Below are positions 1 through 9,242 of a stretch of 29,164 bases of DNA, in pieces. The notes under the pieces were generated by a model. That model was not told where the DNA came from and made no database searches. It saw nothing but the letters and a program-made list of their open reading frames with translations. The stretch is taken from assembly GCA_051439505.1 (NCBI GenBank), contig JBFRWI010000054.1:1-29164 (forward strand), in the 5' to 3' direction. This DNA comes from Hormoscilla sp. GTDB taxonomy: Bacteria > Cyanobacteriota > Cyanobacteriia > Cyanobacteriales > Desertifilaceae. The translations under genes and the position numbers were made by a program. Position 1 is the first letter of the stretch; each line of letters starts with the position of its first letter.

Positions 1-124
1 TACTACGAACGGCAAGGACTAAAGTCCTTACTACGAACGGCAAGGACTAAAGTCCTTACTACGAACGGCAAGGACTAAAGTCCTTACTACGAACGGCAAG
101 GACTAAAGTCCTTACTACGAACGG
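1..124. repeat. Tandem array of a 28-bp unit TACTACGAACGGCAAGGACTAAAGTCCT (4 full copies plus a partial copy; runs off the window start)
   Basis: Identical units start at 1, 29, 57, 85 and 113 (partial). Each contains the palindrome AAGGACT-AA-AGTCCTT. A 10-bp sub-repeat TACRAACGGA x3 (116-145) follows. There are no unique spacers. Confidence 0.95.
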
Positions 125-149
125 ATACGAACGGATACAAACGGAGGCA

Positions 150-821
150 ATGAATAATCCTAATTTAGAAGAACTAGCAGGCCAGTTAGAAAGCAAAAAT
201 TCTCGCGATCGCCTGCTAGCATTAGCCGCCCTGCGGGAGGTACCAGCAGAACAGGCCGTGCCTTTAATCAAAAAGGTATTGTACGACGAAATCCTGCCCG
301 TGCGATCGATGGCAATTTTCGCCCTGGGAGTCAAACCCACATCGGAATGCTTTCCCATTCTAGTACAATTGCTAGAAACAGATCCAGACTACGGCATTCG
401 TGCAGATGCAGCGGGTGCATTAGGCTATTTAGAAGATCCTAGAGCCTTAAAACCCTTAGTGCGGGCATTATATGAAGATACAAATTGGTTAGTGCGCTTC
501 AGTGCCGCAGTTTCCCTCGGTAATCTCAAGGATAGCAGAGCCCGGGAAGTTTTAAATATGGCTCTCAATAGCACGGAAATCGTCATCCAACAAGCCGCGA
601 TCGCGGCCTTAGGGGAAATTGGCGACATAGAATCAGTCGATCGGCTGTTAGAATTTGCCGGATCGGAAGATTGGTTACTGCGGCAAAGATTAGCAGAAGC
701 ACTCGGGAACCTGCCCGTTGACAAGAGCATTTCTGCCCTCAAATACCTGCAAAAAGATAGCAATATTCCCGTCGCGCAAGCAGCAGCATTTTCCCTCCAG
801 CGCCTATCAGAAAATGGTTAG
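150..821 (+). CDS. nblB: PBS-lyase HEAT-repeat protein, NblB-like (phycobilisome degradation)
   Basis: 223 aa of tandem HEAT/E-Z repeats (VRSMAIFALG, IRADAAGALG, VRFSAAVSLG, QQAAIAALG, LRQRLAEALG). Length and the N-terminal LESxNSRDRLLAL match the NblB family as I recall it. Confidence 0.8.
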   Translation: MNNPNLEELAGQLESKNSRDRLLALAALREVPAEQAVPLIKKVLYDEILPVRSMAIFALGVKPTSECFPILVQLLETDPDYGIRADAAGALGYLEDPRALKPLVRALYEDTNWLVRFSAAVSLGNLKDSRAREVLNMALNSTEIVIQQAAIAALGEIGDIESVDRLLEFAGSEDWLLRQRLAEALGNLPVDKSISALKYLQKDSNIPVAQAAAFSLQRLSENG

Positions 822-835
822 TTGTCAGTTGGTAG

Positions 836-1306
836 GGGTGTGGTCATGGGTCAGTTGATAGGTGAGACCCCGCTCCAAGGAGGTGTACCAACTGCACGCG
901 CTCACCACACCCCTTACGCCGGAGATAATTTTTTCTATTTCTTCACTTGCTAAATTATTTACAAATGCGCAGGGGAACCCTGCCACAGGGTTCCCCAAGT
1001 GGAGTCGAAGTGAGCGATAAAGAGATTTACCTGACCCGGAGTTACGCAAAAAGCGCCTACTTCCGTTGCTTGACCCAAATGGGGCGCTTTTGCGCAGTCC
1101 GGGCCGGGCATCCCTGGTTTCGCTTGGGCTTGGGAGGGTGTGATTTTCCAAGCCCCCATGAACCAGTTACTGAATCTAATCTAGCTAATTTTTCTAAATT
1201 TGTCAAGGGTAATGGTAAATTTTTTTGGCCTTCTCATGGGATATTTATTTGGGGGATATGACAGCTGGGAGGGCCTAGAAACGATCAACGGGTTTTGACT
1301 ACACCC
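836..1306. mobile_element. Non-autonomous MITE-like element, 471 bp
   Basis: Ends GGGTGTGGTCA (836) and TGACTACACCC (1306) are inverted (10/11). It is flanked by the direct repeat GTTGGTAG (828-835 and 1307-1314). The right about 40 nt match the reverse complement of 28865-28908. There is no convincing ORF. Internal hairpin GGGGAACCCTG-CCA-CAGGGTTCCCC at 972-996. Confidence 0.8.
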
Positions 1307-1362
1307 GTTGGTAGGGTGGGCCGTGCCCTGGTCCAAGTCAGTCAGCTGTTGGTTGTTAGTTG

Positions 1363-2307
1363 TCAATTGACAATTTGCAATTCGCAATTTGCGATTGACA
1401 ATTCCCCAAACTCAAGCTTACCAGTATCAGCATCCAGGTACACGGGGAAGCCTACGGGCAAAGCAGCATTAGGACCATCGTGGCCAAAAGGGAGGTCAGA
1501 AACGATCGGGATTTTGAGATCCATGAGGCGATCGCGCAGCACTTCATCGACAGTAAAACTAGGAATACCCAAAGGAGACTGACATTGATTAAAACGGCCC
1601 AAAGCAATGCCGTGAACTTGATGTATCGCCCCAGTCATGCGCCATTGAGTCAGACATCTGTCAATGCGGTAAGGAACCTCAGAAACATCCTCAAAAGCCA
1701 AAATCACGCCTTCCAATTGAGGTTGCGCAGGGGTTCCCAAAAGATGAGTTGCCACAGTTAGATTTCCTGGCAAGAGGATACCACTAACCCGATCGCCCCC
1801 CCAACCGCGACCAAACAGAGGTGGCAAAGGGCGTCCCTCCAGGTAGTCAAATAGGCGATCGCGCGACCAGTCCGGTTGCGCTGCCAGGGTCGTCAGCACC
1901 GGACCGTGAAGGCCAGCAATGCCACCCACGTATTGACTCCAGAGTAAAGCAGTAATATCAGAAAAGCCAATCAACCATTTAGGATCCTTACCGAAAGGCC
2001 AAGTCCAATCTTCCAGGAGTCTGGTACTGCCGTAACCCCCTCTAGCGCAGAGAATAGCACGACATTCCTCCTCCTTGAGGGCGTCCGATAACTGTTGACG
2101 GCGGTGGGCATCCGTACCTGCCAAATAGCCCCATTGTCGAGTAAATTCCGTGCCCAATTCTACCCGATAGCCCCGTTTTTTCCAAATCTCCACACCCTCA
2201 AAGAAAGCACTCATATCTCTCAAAGCACCGCTGGGAGCCACTACCCGCAGGCGATCGCCCGGTTGTAACCATTTGGGAATTGACACTGGTAATTTTTGAT
2301 TAGCCAT
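1363..2307 (-). CDS. ldcA: LD-carboxypeptidase, peptidase family S66 (muropeptide recycling)
   Basis: Motifs VVAPSG, CARGGYG, GFSDIT (nucleophile Ser), GNL, FEDV (Glu) and FGHDG (His) give the Ser-Glu-His triad of family S66. Confidence 0.88.
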   Translation of the reverse strand: MANQKLPVSIPKWLQPGDRLRVVAPSGALRDMSAFFEGVEIWKKRGYRVELGTEFTRQWGYLAGTDAHRRQQLSDALKEEECRAILCARGGYGSTRLLEDWTWPFGKDPKWLIGFSDITALLWSQYVGGIAGLHGPVLTTLAAQPDWSRDRLFDYLEGRPLPPLFGRGWGGDRVSGILLPGNLTVATHLLGTPAQPQLEGVILAFEDVSEVPYRIDRCLTQWRMTGAIHQVHGIALGRFNQCQSPLGIPSFTVDEVLRDRLMDLKIPIVSDLPFGHDGPNAALPVGFPVYLDADTGKLEFGELSIANCELQIVN

Positions 2308-2384
2308 AACATTTTGATATTTGAGATTGAGATTATCCCTTCTGGTTCCAGACTGATGGAACCGATCGCTTGCTTATTGGTGTT

Positions 2385-2405
2385 GGTGGGCGGTGCCCAC
2401 CCTAC
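2385..2405 (-). repeat. REP-like small dispersed palindrome GTAGGGTGGGCACCGCCCACC
   Basis: GTAG head followed by a GGTGGGC-nnn-GCCCACC hairpin. Related copies at 11718-11738 and 1311-1328 (partial). Lies just downstream of the response regulator stop. Confidence 0.75.
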
Positions 2406-2420
2406 GAGTATGCCAGATAT

Positions 2421-2942
2421 TCATTTGACATAGCGAGAAAAGCGCTGCAACCTTTCATTTGCTTCTTTCAACTTTGCTTCTACTTGCTCCCGTTTTATGA
2501 TTTCCTGTTGCAAGCGTTCGTTTTGCTCCTGAAGCTGTTTTTGTAGCTGGCGCATCATCAGATGAGTCTTGACGCGGGCTAAAACCTCTTCAAACTGAAA
2601 AGGTTTAGTAATATAGTCTATGCCCCCGACATCAAAAGCCATCACCTTGTCCATGGGATCGTCTAAGGCGCTTAAGAAAATTACCGGGATCTCTTTAGTT
2701 TGCGCCTCTGATTTCAGTTTTTGACATACTTCATAGCCATTCATCTCTGGCATTCTAATATCCAGCAAAATCAAATTAGGTGGCTCAGAATGCACTGATT
2801 TTAAGGCCATCTGCCCGTTGATCGCTTTCCTCACTTCATATCCCTGCTCCAATAGCATCGTCGATAAAAAGCGCAAATTGTTCGGCGTATCGTCAACAAT
2901 CAGTATTTCCGGTTTTCTGACATCAGCTTGATTGCTATTCAT
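2421..2942 (-). CDS. Response regulator: receiver domain plus coiled coil, no output domain
   Basis: IVDD acidic pocket, LILLDIRMP phospho-Asp, FLSA and ITKPF, then a Q/E-rich coiled coil. The start overlaps the upstream kinase stop (2935-2942), suggesting translational coupling. Confidence 0.9.
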   Translation of the reverse strand: MNSNQADVRKPEILIVDDTPNNLRFLSTMLLEQGYEVRKAINGQMALKSVHSEPPNLILLDIRMPEMNGYEVCQKLKSEAQTKEIPVIFLSALDDPMDKVMAFDVGGIDYITKPFQFEEVLARVKTHLMMRQLQKQLQEQNERLQQEIIKREQVEAKLKEANERLQRFSRYVK

Positions 2943-5900
2943 TTTGTATTTGTTCGGTTAAATATACTATCCGATCGAACTCAAAGTTATCTACCTTTTC
3001 TGTTAGATCCTTGGCAAGATTTGCGTGACTTTCAGGTATTTGCTCGATTAGCTGTAACATCCGTCCATCTCTGCCGGAGACTGCGGCTTTATGGAACTCT
3101 GCTATCCAATCAGCAGGCATTATAGATAAGCTGGCAGCCTTCAGGTCATCGCCAGAAGCACTTACTTGAGGCTGACCGATCGCCTCGATCGACTGATGGC
3201 TTTCTTCATAGATATAGATGACCCCTAGATGTTCGGCTATCTTTGATAAGAGTACCTCTTTTTGGAAGGGCTTGCGCAGAAAATCGTCACAACCCGATGA
3301 GAGCATCTGATTGCGTTCTTCTTCAAAGGCGCTGGCAGTCAAGGCCACGATCGCGGTTTTCTCACCCTTCAAGTGGGCTTTGATCCGTTTGGTCGCCTCA
3401 TATCCGTCCATCACCGGCATCTGCATATCCATAAAAATTAGGTGTGGTACCCAAGTGGACCACAAAGCAATGGCTTCTCGACCGTTTTCCGCCTCCCGCA
3501 CCTCGAACCCCAACCGTCTCAGCAGTTTTACTAGCAGCAGGCGGCTGACTTTGACATCGTCCACTATCAATAGGCGATATTTGGGTTGGTCAGGCGCTAA
3601 ACCTATTACCTTGCGGGTTGGTGTCGGAGTCCGACTCTGCTGGGGAAGGTCGCGACCCACCTGGATATCAAAGGTGAAGGTCGTTCCCTTACCAGGCTGA
3701 CTGGTTACCCCGATCGATCCTCCCATTAATTCTATGAATTTTTGGCTAATGGGTAAGCCCAAACCCGTTCCTGACTGCGATTTTCGACCAGTTTCAGTTT
3801 GCACAAAAGGGTCAAACAAAGCTCCCAACTCTTCCGGCGCAATGCCTGGACCCGTGTCGGATACCTTAAATTCGATGGCTAATTTATCATTACTTTGGCC
3901 AGTCATTTCTCCACCATTCTTCAATCTCACTCGTAAGCTGACGCTACCCACTTCAGTAAATTTTATTGCATTGCCCAGAAGATTAATCAACACTTGACGC
4001 AATTTCTTCTCGTCCGATCGCACGTATTGGGGTACTGCTGGTGCCCGCAGGAATATTAGCTGCATGTCTTTGGAATTCGCCTTAAATTTGAGCATATCTT
4101 CGAGGGAGTCCAGTAGCCGATACAAATCAAAGCTATTTTCATTCAGGGTAATCCGACCTGCCTCAATTTTAGACATCTCCAGAACATCATTAATCAATTC
4201 CAGCAAATGCTCGCCGCTGCTATTGATAATTTTCATATTTTCCTGATGCTGTGCCGATAACTTTGAATCCCCACTCATCAGTTGGCTGAAGCCCAGAATG
4301 GCGTTCAGAGGCGTGCGCAGTTCGTGAGACATGTTAGCCAGAAATTCACTTTTGGCCCGGTTGGCACGATCCGCAGCTTCTTTCGCTTTTTGCATGGTTG
4401 CTTCCGCTTCCTTGCGATCGCCTATATCCCGAGCCACCCAAATAACTGAATTTTCGGTCAAAGGCGAGATCCGGGCGGCGAACCAAACCTCTTTCCCCTG
4501 CAAGGGTAAGCGATAATCAAACTCGATCGTCTTTTGCGTATCTAAAGCCCGATCCACTTTATCCCACCAAGTAGCCGCTGTTTGCTCTTGGAAAAATTGC
4601 TTAATTGTTTGGCCGATCGGGTTAGCATCTTCTCCATACAAGCGATCGGGAGAAGTTGGGGCAACTTCTATATTTTTCTGCTTATCGATCACCAGCACGA
4701 TGTCCATCATAGCTTTAAATACCCCACGCATCTTTCCCTCAGAACTGCGCAGCTTCTCTTCCAGCAATTTGCGGGCAGTGATGTCCCGAGATACCCAGAT
4801 GACAGCATCTTCCGAAATGGGCGAAATGCTGCTAGCCAACCAAACTTCCTCTTGGGAAATATTTAAGCTATACTCAAATTGAATTGTCTGTTTGGTGTTG
4901 AGAGCCTCCCAGATATGTTTCAGAAACATATCTGCCATGTCTCGATCGAAAACTTCGTGCAATGTCTTGCCAATTAGTTCTGATTCTGCTTGGGAAAATA
5001 ACTTTTGAGAAGTTGGTGGCACTTTCAGATAATATCCCTGGGCATCGATCGCCACGATCGCGTCAGTCATGGCCGCAAACAGACCCCGCAATTCAGCCGT
5101 AGATTGCTTTTGCTGCATGGCCGTTCCCAATTGAGCTGCCACAGTTGACACCAGCTTAAAGATCCGTTCTCCCTCTGGGCAGGATGACAACATAAAGAAA
5201 ACCAGGACTGCCAGCACCTTTTCTTTGGGAATTTCTGCCGAGTGATCTTCGACAATAATCGGCACTCCCACCCCAGCTTTAATCCCGCATTTTTTTGCTA
5301 GTTCCGCTCTTAAAAAACTGTTTTTTGACTCGGCATAAATATCTGCCATCCACTCAGGTTTTCTTCGATACCAGACTCGTCCTGACAGATCCTTGTCTGG
5401 TAATAAAATAATCCCTTGGCTGTATTCTCGGAATTCCTCTAAGGCAGTAACCACCGTCTCATCTATACCCCTGTGGTTGCAGTACCAAGTGGGGCTACAT
5501 TGCAGTCCCTTCCCGTCAGCACAGGGAATCCAGGCTTCGCCATAATGCCAACCAGTGGATTCGCAGACTTGCCGTAGCGCCACCCCCAAAGCCGTCTGGA
5601 AATCCGCTGCTTCGTTAATTGCTTGGGTGATAGTTAGCAACAGTTTAATTTCTTCTTCCGCCCGCTTGCGCTTGGTGATATCGTTAGAAATGGCCAGCAG
5701 GCATTCTTCACCACCAATATTGATTATTTCTGCTGATAACAGCGCTGTTTTGACCAGACCTGACTTAGTAAGAAAATCGAATTCATAGTTCCGCACTAAA
5801 TCATCATTTGTTAGCAACTCGAATAGTTGCAGGCGGTCTTCTGGGTTTACCCAAAGATTTAACTCATCGGCAGTATGACCGATAATTTCTGCCCGGGTGT

Positions 5901-7317
5901 AACCAGTCAAATTACAGAAAGTGTCGTTCACCTCGATATGGCGTCCATCTTGCCGCGTTGTGATTGTAATGGCGCTAGGACTGGAACGAAAAGCTTTGGC
6001 AAATTTTTCTTCTGACAGGCGCAGCGCTGCCGTCCTTTGCTCAATTTGCAACCCTAGCTGCTCCAGATCCATTTTGCAATTACTATAGGTAGCGTACAAC
6101 TGTTGGATTTTTTGGTTAAAGGCCCCGGCCAGAACTTCCAGTTCCTGCACCCCTTCTATCTCTATGGTTTGCTCGAATTCTCCACTGCCAATTTCTTTCG
6201 TGCTGGCGATCAAACGGTGAATTGGCTGAGTAATCCAGCGAGAGGTAACAATCCCCAAGATAGTAGCTAGCACCAAGGATCCCAGACCTAGCCAGATGAT
6301 ACTGCGGTTACTATACTCTATCAAGTCCGCTTCTGGAATCACCACTACAAGCAGCCAGTCCAAACCCCCGTCGTCGGTCAGGGGCATTACCTTGACAAAT
6401 TGCCGAGACTTATCAATGTATAATTCCCACGGGCGATCGATTCCGTGCCAATCTCCCCATTCTTGCAGTAGAACTGCTGCTGTTTCCCGGGTGAGGAGAT
6501 TATTACTCTCTGTCACTTGCAGCCTTTTGGCTACCCGATCTTCCCTTTTGAATGGATCTTCTGATGTTGAACTTGCCACCAACTCTCCCGATCGTTCTAT
6601 AATGAACGCCTGTCCCGATCGACCGATAGTCAAACCGTCCAGAAAGTCATCAATTCCCGACAGCAGCAGGTCCACTTTTGCCACCCCCAGCAGACGATCT
6701 TGCTCGTCATAAAGAGGCAGCACCGCCCCGATCGCCAGTTCACCCGTACCTTCTACTCGGTAAACTTCACTCCATTTGCCTCCCTCTGCATCCGCCCCTA
6801 TCCGATACCAAGTGAGGGTACGCGGATCGAAGTTAGGTTCCTGCCGCAATAAGGTGCGATCGCCTTCTGCGTCCAGACTATATATGGCGATCGCATTTCC
6901 CGTCTCTGTACCCGCGACCTGCAAATTCCACTGCTGCTCTTCCCAGCGTTCCACCCCGAGCAATTCTCCTTGCTCTGTTCCCAACTGGATTTGCCTTACC
7001 GCATCAAATTTATGCATTTGATGCCATATATGCTTTGACAAACTGGAGATATTTTGTAACTTCAACTCCCCCAGTAACACCGCATCGGCATTAATCTTAT
7101 TGAGCAGATGGGGCGTTGATAGGTAATTTACGATCTCCTTGTGAACCTGGGTAGCTATTTGACTGCCCAGGTGGATGTTAACTTTCTTAACTGCTTTTTT
7201 CTCCTGGCGCAATGATAGATACCCTGTCAATCCCACTAACACCAATATTTGCAGCACTAACGGTAGCACTAGCATGAGCCATATTGGCATTGATTTATTT
7301 CTCAATTTCCCGGTCAT
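2935..7317 (-). CDS. Membrane hybrid sensor histidine kinase (TM-Cache-TM-HAMP-PAS-GAF-PAS-PAS-HisKA-HATPase-REC)
   Basis: Two hydrophobic TM segments flank a Cache-like periplasmic region. HAMP (ITQPIHRL...ELEVLAGAFN), PAS ends DITKRK/DITARK/DIGDRK, H-box EFLANMSHELRTPLNAI, N-box NLLGNAIKFT, G-boxes DTGPGI and GTGLGL, receiver LIFMDMQMP...LRKPF. Confidence 0.93.
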   Translation of the reverse strand: MTGKLRNKSMPIWLMLVLPLVLQILVLVGLTGYLSLRQEKKAVKKVNIHLGSQIATQVHKEIVNYLSTPHLLNKINADAVLLGELKLQNISSLSKHIWHQMHKFDAVRQIQLGTEQGELLGVERWEEQQWNLQVAGTETGNAIAIYSLDAEGDRTLLRQEPNFDPRTLTWYRIGADAEGGKWSEVYRVEGTGELAIGAVLPLYDEQDRLLGVAKVDLLLSGIDDFLDGLTIGRSGQAFIIERSGELVASSTSEDPFKREDRVAKRLQVTESNNLLTRETAAVLLQEWGDWHGIDRPWELYIDKSRQFVKVMPLTDDGGLDWLLVVVIPEADLIEYSNRSIIWLGLGSLVLATILGIVTSRWITQPIHRLIASTKEIGSGEFEQTIEIEGVQELEVLAGAFNQKIQQLYATYSNCKMDLEQLGLQIEQRTAALRLSEEKFAKAFRSSPSAITITTRQDGRHIEVNDTFCNLTGYTRAEIIGHTADELNLWVNPEDRLQLFELLTNDDLVRNYEFDFLTKSGLVKTALLSAEIINIGGEECLLAISNDITKRKRAEEEIKLLLTITQAINEAADFQTALGVALRQVCESTGWHYGEAWIPCADGKGLQCSPTWYCNHRGIDETVVTALEEFREYSQGIILLPDKDLSGRVWYRRKPEWMADIYAESKNSFLRAELAKKCGIKAGVGVPIIVEDHSAEIPKEKVLAVLVFFMLSSCPEGERIFKLVSTVAAQLGTAMQQKQSTAELRGLFAAMTDAIVAIDAQGYYLKVPPTSQKLFSQAESELIGKTLHEVFDRDMADMFLKHIWEALNTKQTIQFEYSLNISQEEVWLASSISPISEDAVIWVSRDITARKLLEEKLRSSEGKMRGVFKAMMDIVLVIDKQKNIEVAPTSPDRLYGEDANPIGQTIKQFFQEQTAATWWDKVDRALDTQKTIEFDYRLPLQGKEVWFAARISPLTENSVIWVARDIGDRKEAEATMQKAKEAADRANRAKSEFLANMSHELRTPLNAILGFSQLMSGDSKLSAQHQENMKIINSSGEHLLELINDVLEMSKIEAGRITLNENSFDLYRLLDSLEDMLKFKANSKDMQLIFLRAPAVPQYVRSDEKKLRQVLINLLGNAIKFTEVGSVSLRVRLKNGGEMTGQSNDKLAIEFKVSDTGPGIAPEELGALFDPFVQTETGRKSQSGTGLGLPISQKFIELMGGSIGVTSQPGKGTTFTFDIQVGRDLPQQSRTPTPTRKVIGLAPDQPKYRLLIVDDVKVSRLLLVKLLRRLGFEVREAENGREAIALWSTWVPHLIFMDMQMPVMDGYEATKRIKAHLKGEKTAIVALTASAFEEERNQMLSSGCDDFLRKPFQKEVLLSKIAEHLGVIYIYEESHQSIEAIGQPQVSASGDDLKAASLSIMPADWIAEFHKAAVSGRDGRMLQLIEQIPESHANLAKDLTEKVDNFEFDRIVYLTEQIQNE

Positions 7318-7410
7318 CTTATTGATTTATAATCGTCATATTCACTCTAATCATTTTAATTTATCACTCGGATTTGATCGAGGTTTTTAACAAATCTTTA
7401 CCAAAAATAA

Positions 7411-7443
7411 AGAAACCAGGTTTTTACTCCATACCTGGTTTCT
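7411..7443. repeat. Perfect 11-bp inverted repeat AGAAACCAGGT...ACCTGGTTTCT
   Basis: Arms at 7411-7421 and 7433-7443 with an 11-nt loop, upstream of the kinase. Resembles AGAAACCGGGTTTCT-type dispersed repeats of filamentous cyanobacteria. Confidence 0.7.
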
Positions 7444-7575
7444 GGGCACGACTCGGACAGGCGAAACAAATCCTACACAACTTTCACGATTCGGGGTTGA
7501 CACAAGGGATGATCGGGGTTGTTAATGAGCAATTATTGCCAGTGATATCTGTCTATTGATGTCTTTTTTTGTTTG

Positions 7576-7673
7576 TTAGCAATTAGCAATTAGCAATTAG
7601 CAATTAGCAATTAGCAATTAGCAATTAGCAATTAGCAATTAGCAATTAGCAATTAGCAATTAGCAATTAGCAA
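7576..7673. repeat. STRR-type heptamer tandem array (TTAGCAA)x14
   Basis: 98 bp, 14 perfect copies, intergenic. Confidence 0.97.
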
Positions 7674-7717
7674 AAAGGGAAAATCTATCAACCATCATCC
7701 CAAAGATCTGCAACACC

Positions 7718-9130
7718 TCAAGATTCTTTCCCATTAGGTAGATCGTCATCTAAATTAGCGCGGATGCGACTCAACTGATTCATTGCCCACTGGGCCGTTT
7801 CCCTAACCTCCAGATCGGGATCGTCAACAGCATAGCGCACCATCTGATTGACATTCGCAATCAACTCATACATGCGAGTTAAATCCCGGATCGCATTTTT
7901 CCGCACCTCCGGATTATTATCTTGTAGAGAAATAGCCAAAGCCCGGTTCATCGGCTTAAATGTGCGCACGCCAATTTCCGCAAGGGCTGCTAAAATTAAA
8001 CTGCGTTCTTGAGAATCAGCATCAAGTAATAAATTCACCAAAGGTTGAGACGCCTGAGAAGTTCCCAGCTGACCCAATTCCCAAATTGCCTTACGCCGTT
8101 GATTTTGGTCAGGGGTTGTTAATTCTGCGATCAGTTCATCAATTATATCAATCTTAGCTAGTTGACCAGGCTGTTCAGATTTTTCTGCCGTGGCGGTCAA
8201 CTTTCGATCTTCTATTGCATCAGCAGAAGCTGGTTCTGGCCGGGCTGTTTCCGACTCTATTTCCGTCTCAACTGATGTTTCTTCTGCCACTTCTAGATCC
8301 TGGTTGCGAAGTTTCAGCAGTAATAAGACTAATCCTGCTGTTACGATCGAAGCCACTAGACCGATTAACACCCATTTCAGCCAAACCCCCTCATCTTTCG
8401 CTTCGGGCTCTTTTTTTGGAGATTCAACTGTTGGTTTAGCCGTGGGGGTGGTCCTCCGCTCCGTTGGCCTTGCTGCCCGGGCTGTTTGTAGCGCTTCCCA
8501 GGTTGTCTCACCTGCCAGACCATCAGCAGTCAACTCCCGTGAAGCCTGGAAAGCTGAGACAGCCTCACTGGTACTGTCAGCATAAACTCCATCGATCTTG
8601 CCCTGGAAATATCCCAATACTTTGAGAGCATATTGCAGTTGACTCACTAACATGCCAGTAGTGCCAGGGCGCAGCAGAGACTCGAAGGGTGGTAGTTGAG
8701 AACGGCGGCGACTTTTCTCTACTTCTTCGGCAGCGATCTGACTATTTTGCCCATATAACTCTACCCGTGCCTGGGCCTCTGCATAGCGCGAGTCCGACGC
8801 CGGGACTTGCTCCATCAGCGCCTGGGCCCTAGCCCAAGATACTGCTATGGACTCCCAGTCCTGGGGTCTATAGGCCGTTTCGCCATCTTCGACTGCTTGT
8901 TTAGCTAGCTTCTTCCCTTGCTCAAATGGATCGATATCCTTGTCTTGAGACTGGGTTTGTGCGACTAAAATTGCTGGAGATGGGACCCTGGCAAAGCTCT
9001 TGGCTGGGCCACTGACGACGCCCAGACAAGTAATGCAGCTAACGAGAAGCCAAATTGAGCGTCCGGACGACTTGTAGGACTGCCGAGATCTCTGAGATTG
9101 TTGACGAAAGCAACTAGCTGCTTTATCCAC
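7718..9130 (-). CDS. Membrane protein with peptidoglycan-binding domain and C-terminal HEAT repeats
   Basis: N-terminal hydrophobic signal-like segment, a helical module (DWESIAVSWARA...YAEAQARVELY), PG_binding_1 motif (VSQLQYALKVLGY...IDGVY...AVSAFQ...LTADGLAGETTW), a TM helix (WVLIGLVASIVTAGLVLLLL) and HEAT repeats (RRKAIWELG, VRKNAIRDL, VRETAQWAM). The GTG start is uncertain. Confidence 0.8.
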   Translation of the reverse strand: MDKAASCFRQQSQRSRQSYKSSGRSIWLLVSCITCLGVVSGPAKSFARVPSPAILVAQTQSQDKDIDPFEQGKKLAKQAVEDGETAYRPQDWESIAVSWARAQALMEQVPASDSRYAEAQARVELYGQNSQIAAEEVEKSRRRSQLPPFESLLRPGTTGMLVSQLQYALKVLGYFQGKIDGVYADSTSEAVSAFQASRELTADGLAGETTWEALQTARAARPTERRTTPTAKPTVESPKKEPEAKDEGVWLKWVLIGLVASIVTAGLVLLLLKLRNQDLEVAEETSVETEIESETARPEPASADAIEDRKLTATAEKSEQPGQLAKIDIIDELIAELTTPDQNQRRKAIWELGQLGTSQASQPLVNLLLDADSQERSLILAALAEIGVRTFKPMNRALAISLQDNNPEVRKNAIRDLTRMYELIANVNQMVRYAVDDPDLEVRETAQWAMNQLSRIRANLDDDLPNGKES

Positions 9131-9242
9131 TTGCTACGGCTAAAATATTTGCCAACTGGGAATCAAATTCTATCTTACCACTGGTCCTGCCTTCAAGATA
9201 ACATCTCTCACTCGCCCCATTTTTGCTGAATCAATATTAGCT

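Noticed and set aside
1..124. Possible CRISPR array (28-bp palindromic repeats)
   Set aside because: Units are directly adjacent and identical with no unique spacers, and there are no cas genes.
825..1387. Short ORFs inside the 471-bp element as a transposase remnant
   Set aside because: No DDE, HUH or HTH-like motifs are recognisable, and several overlapping frames have no protein-like composition.
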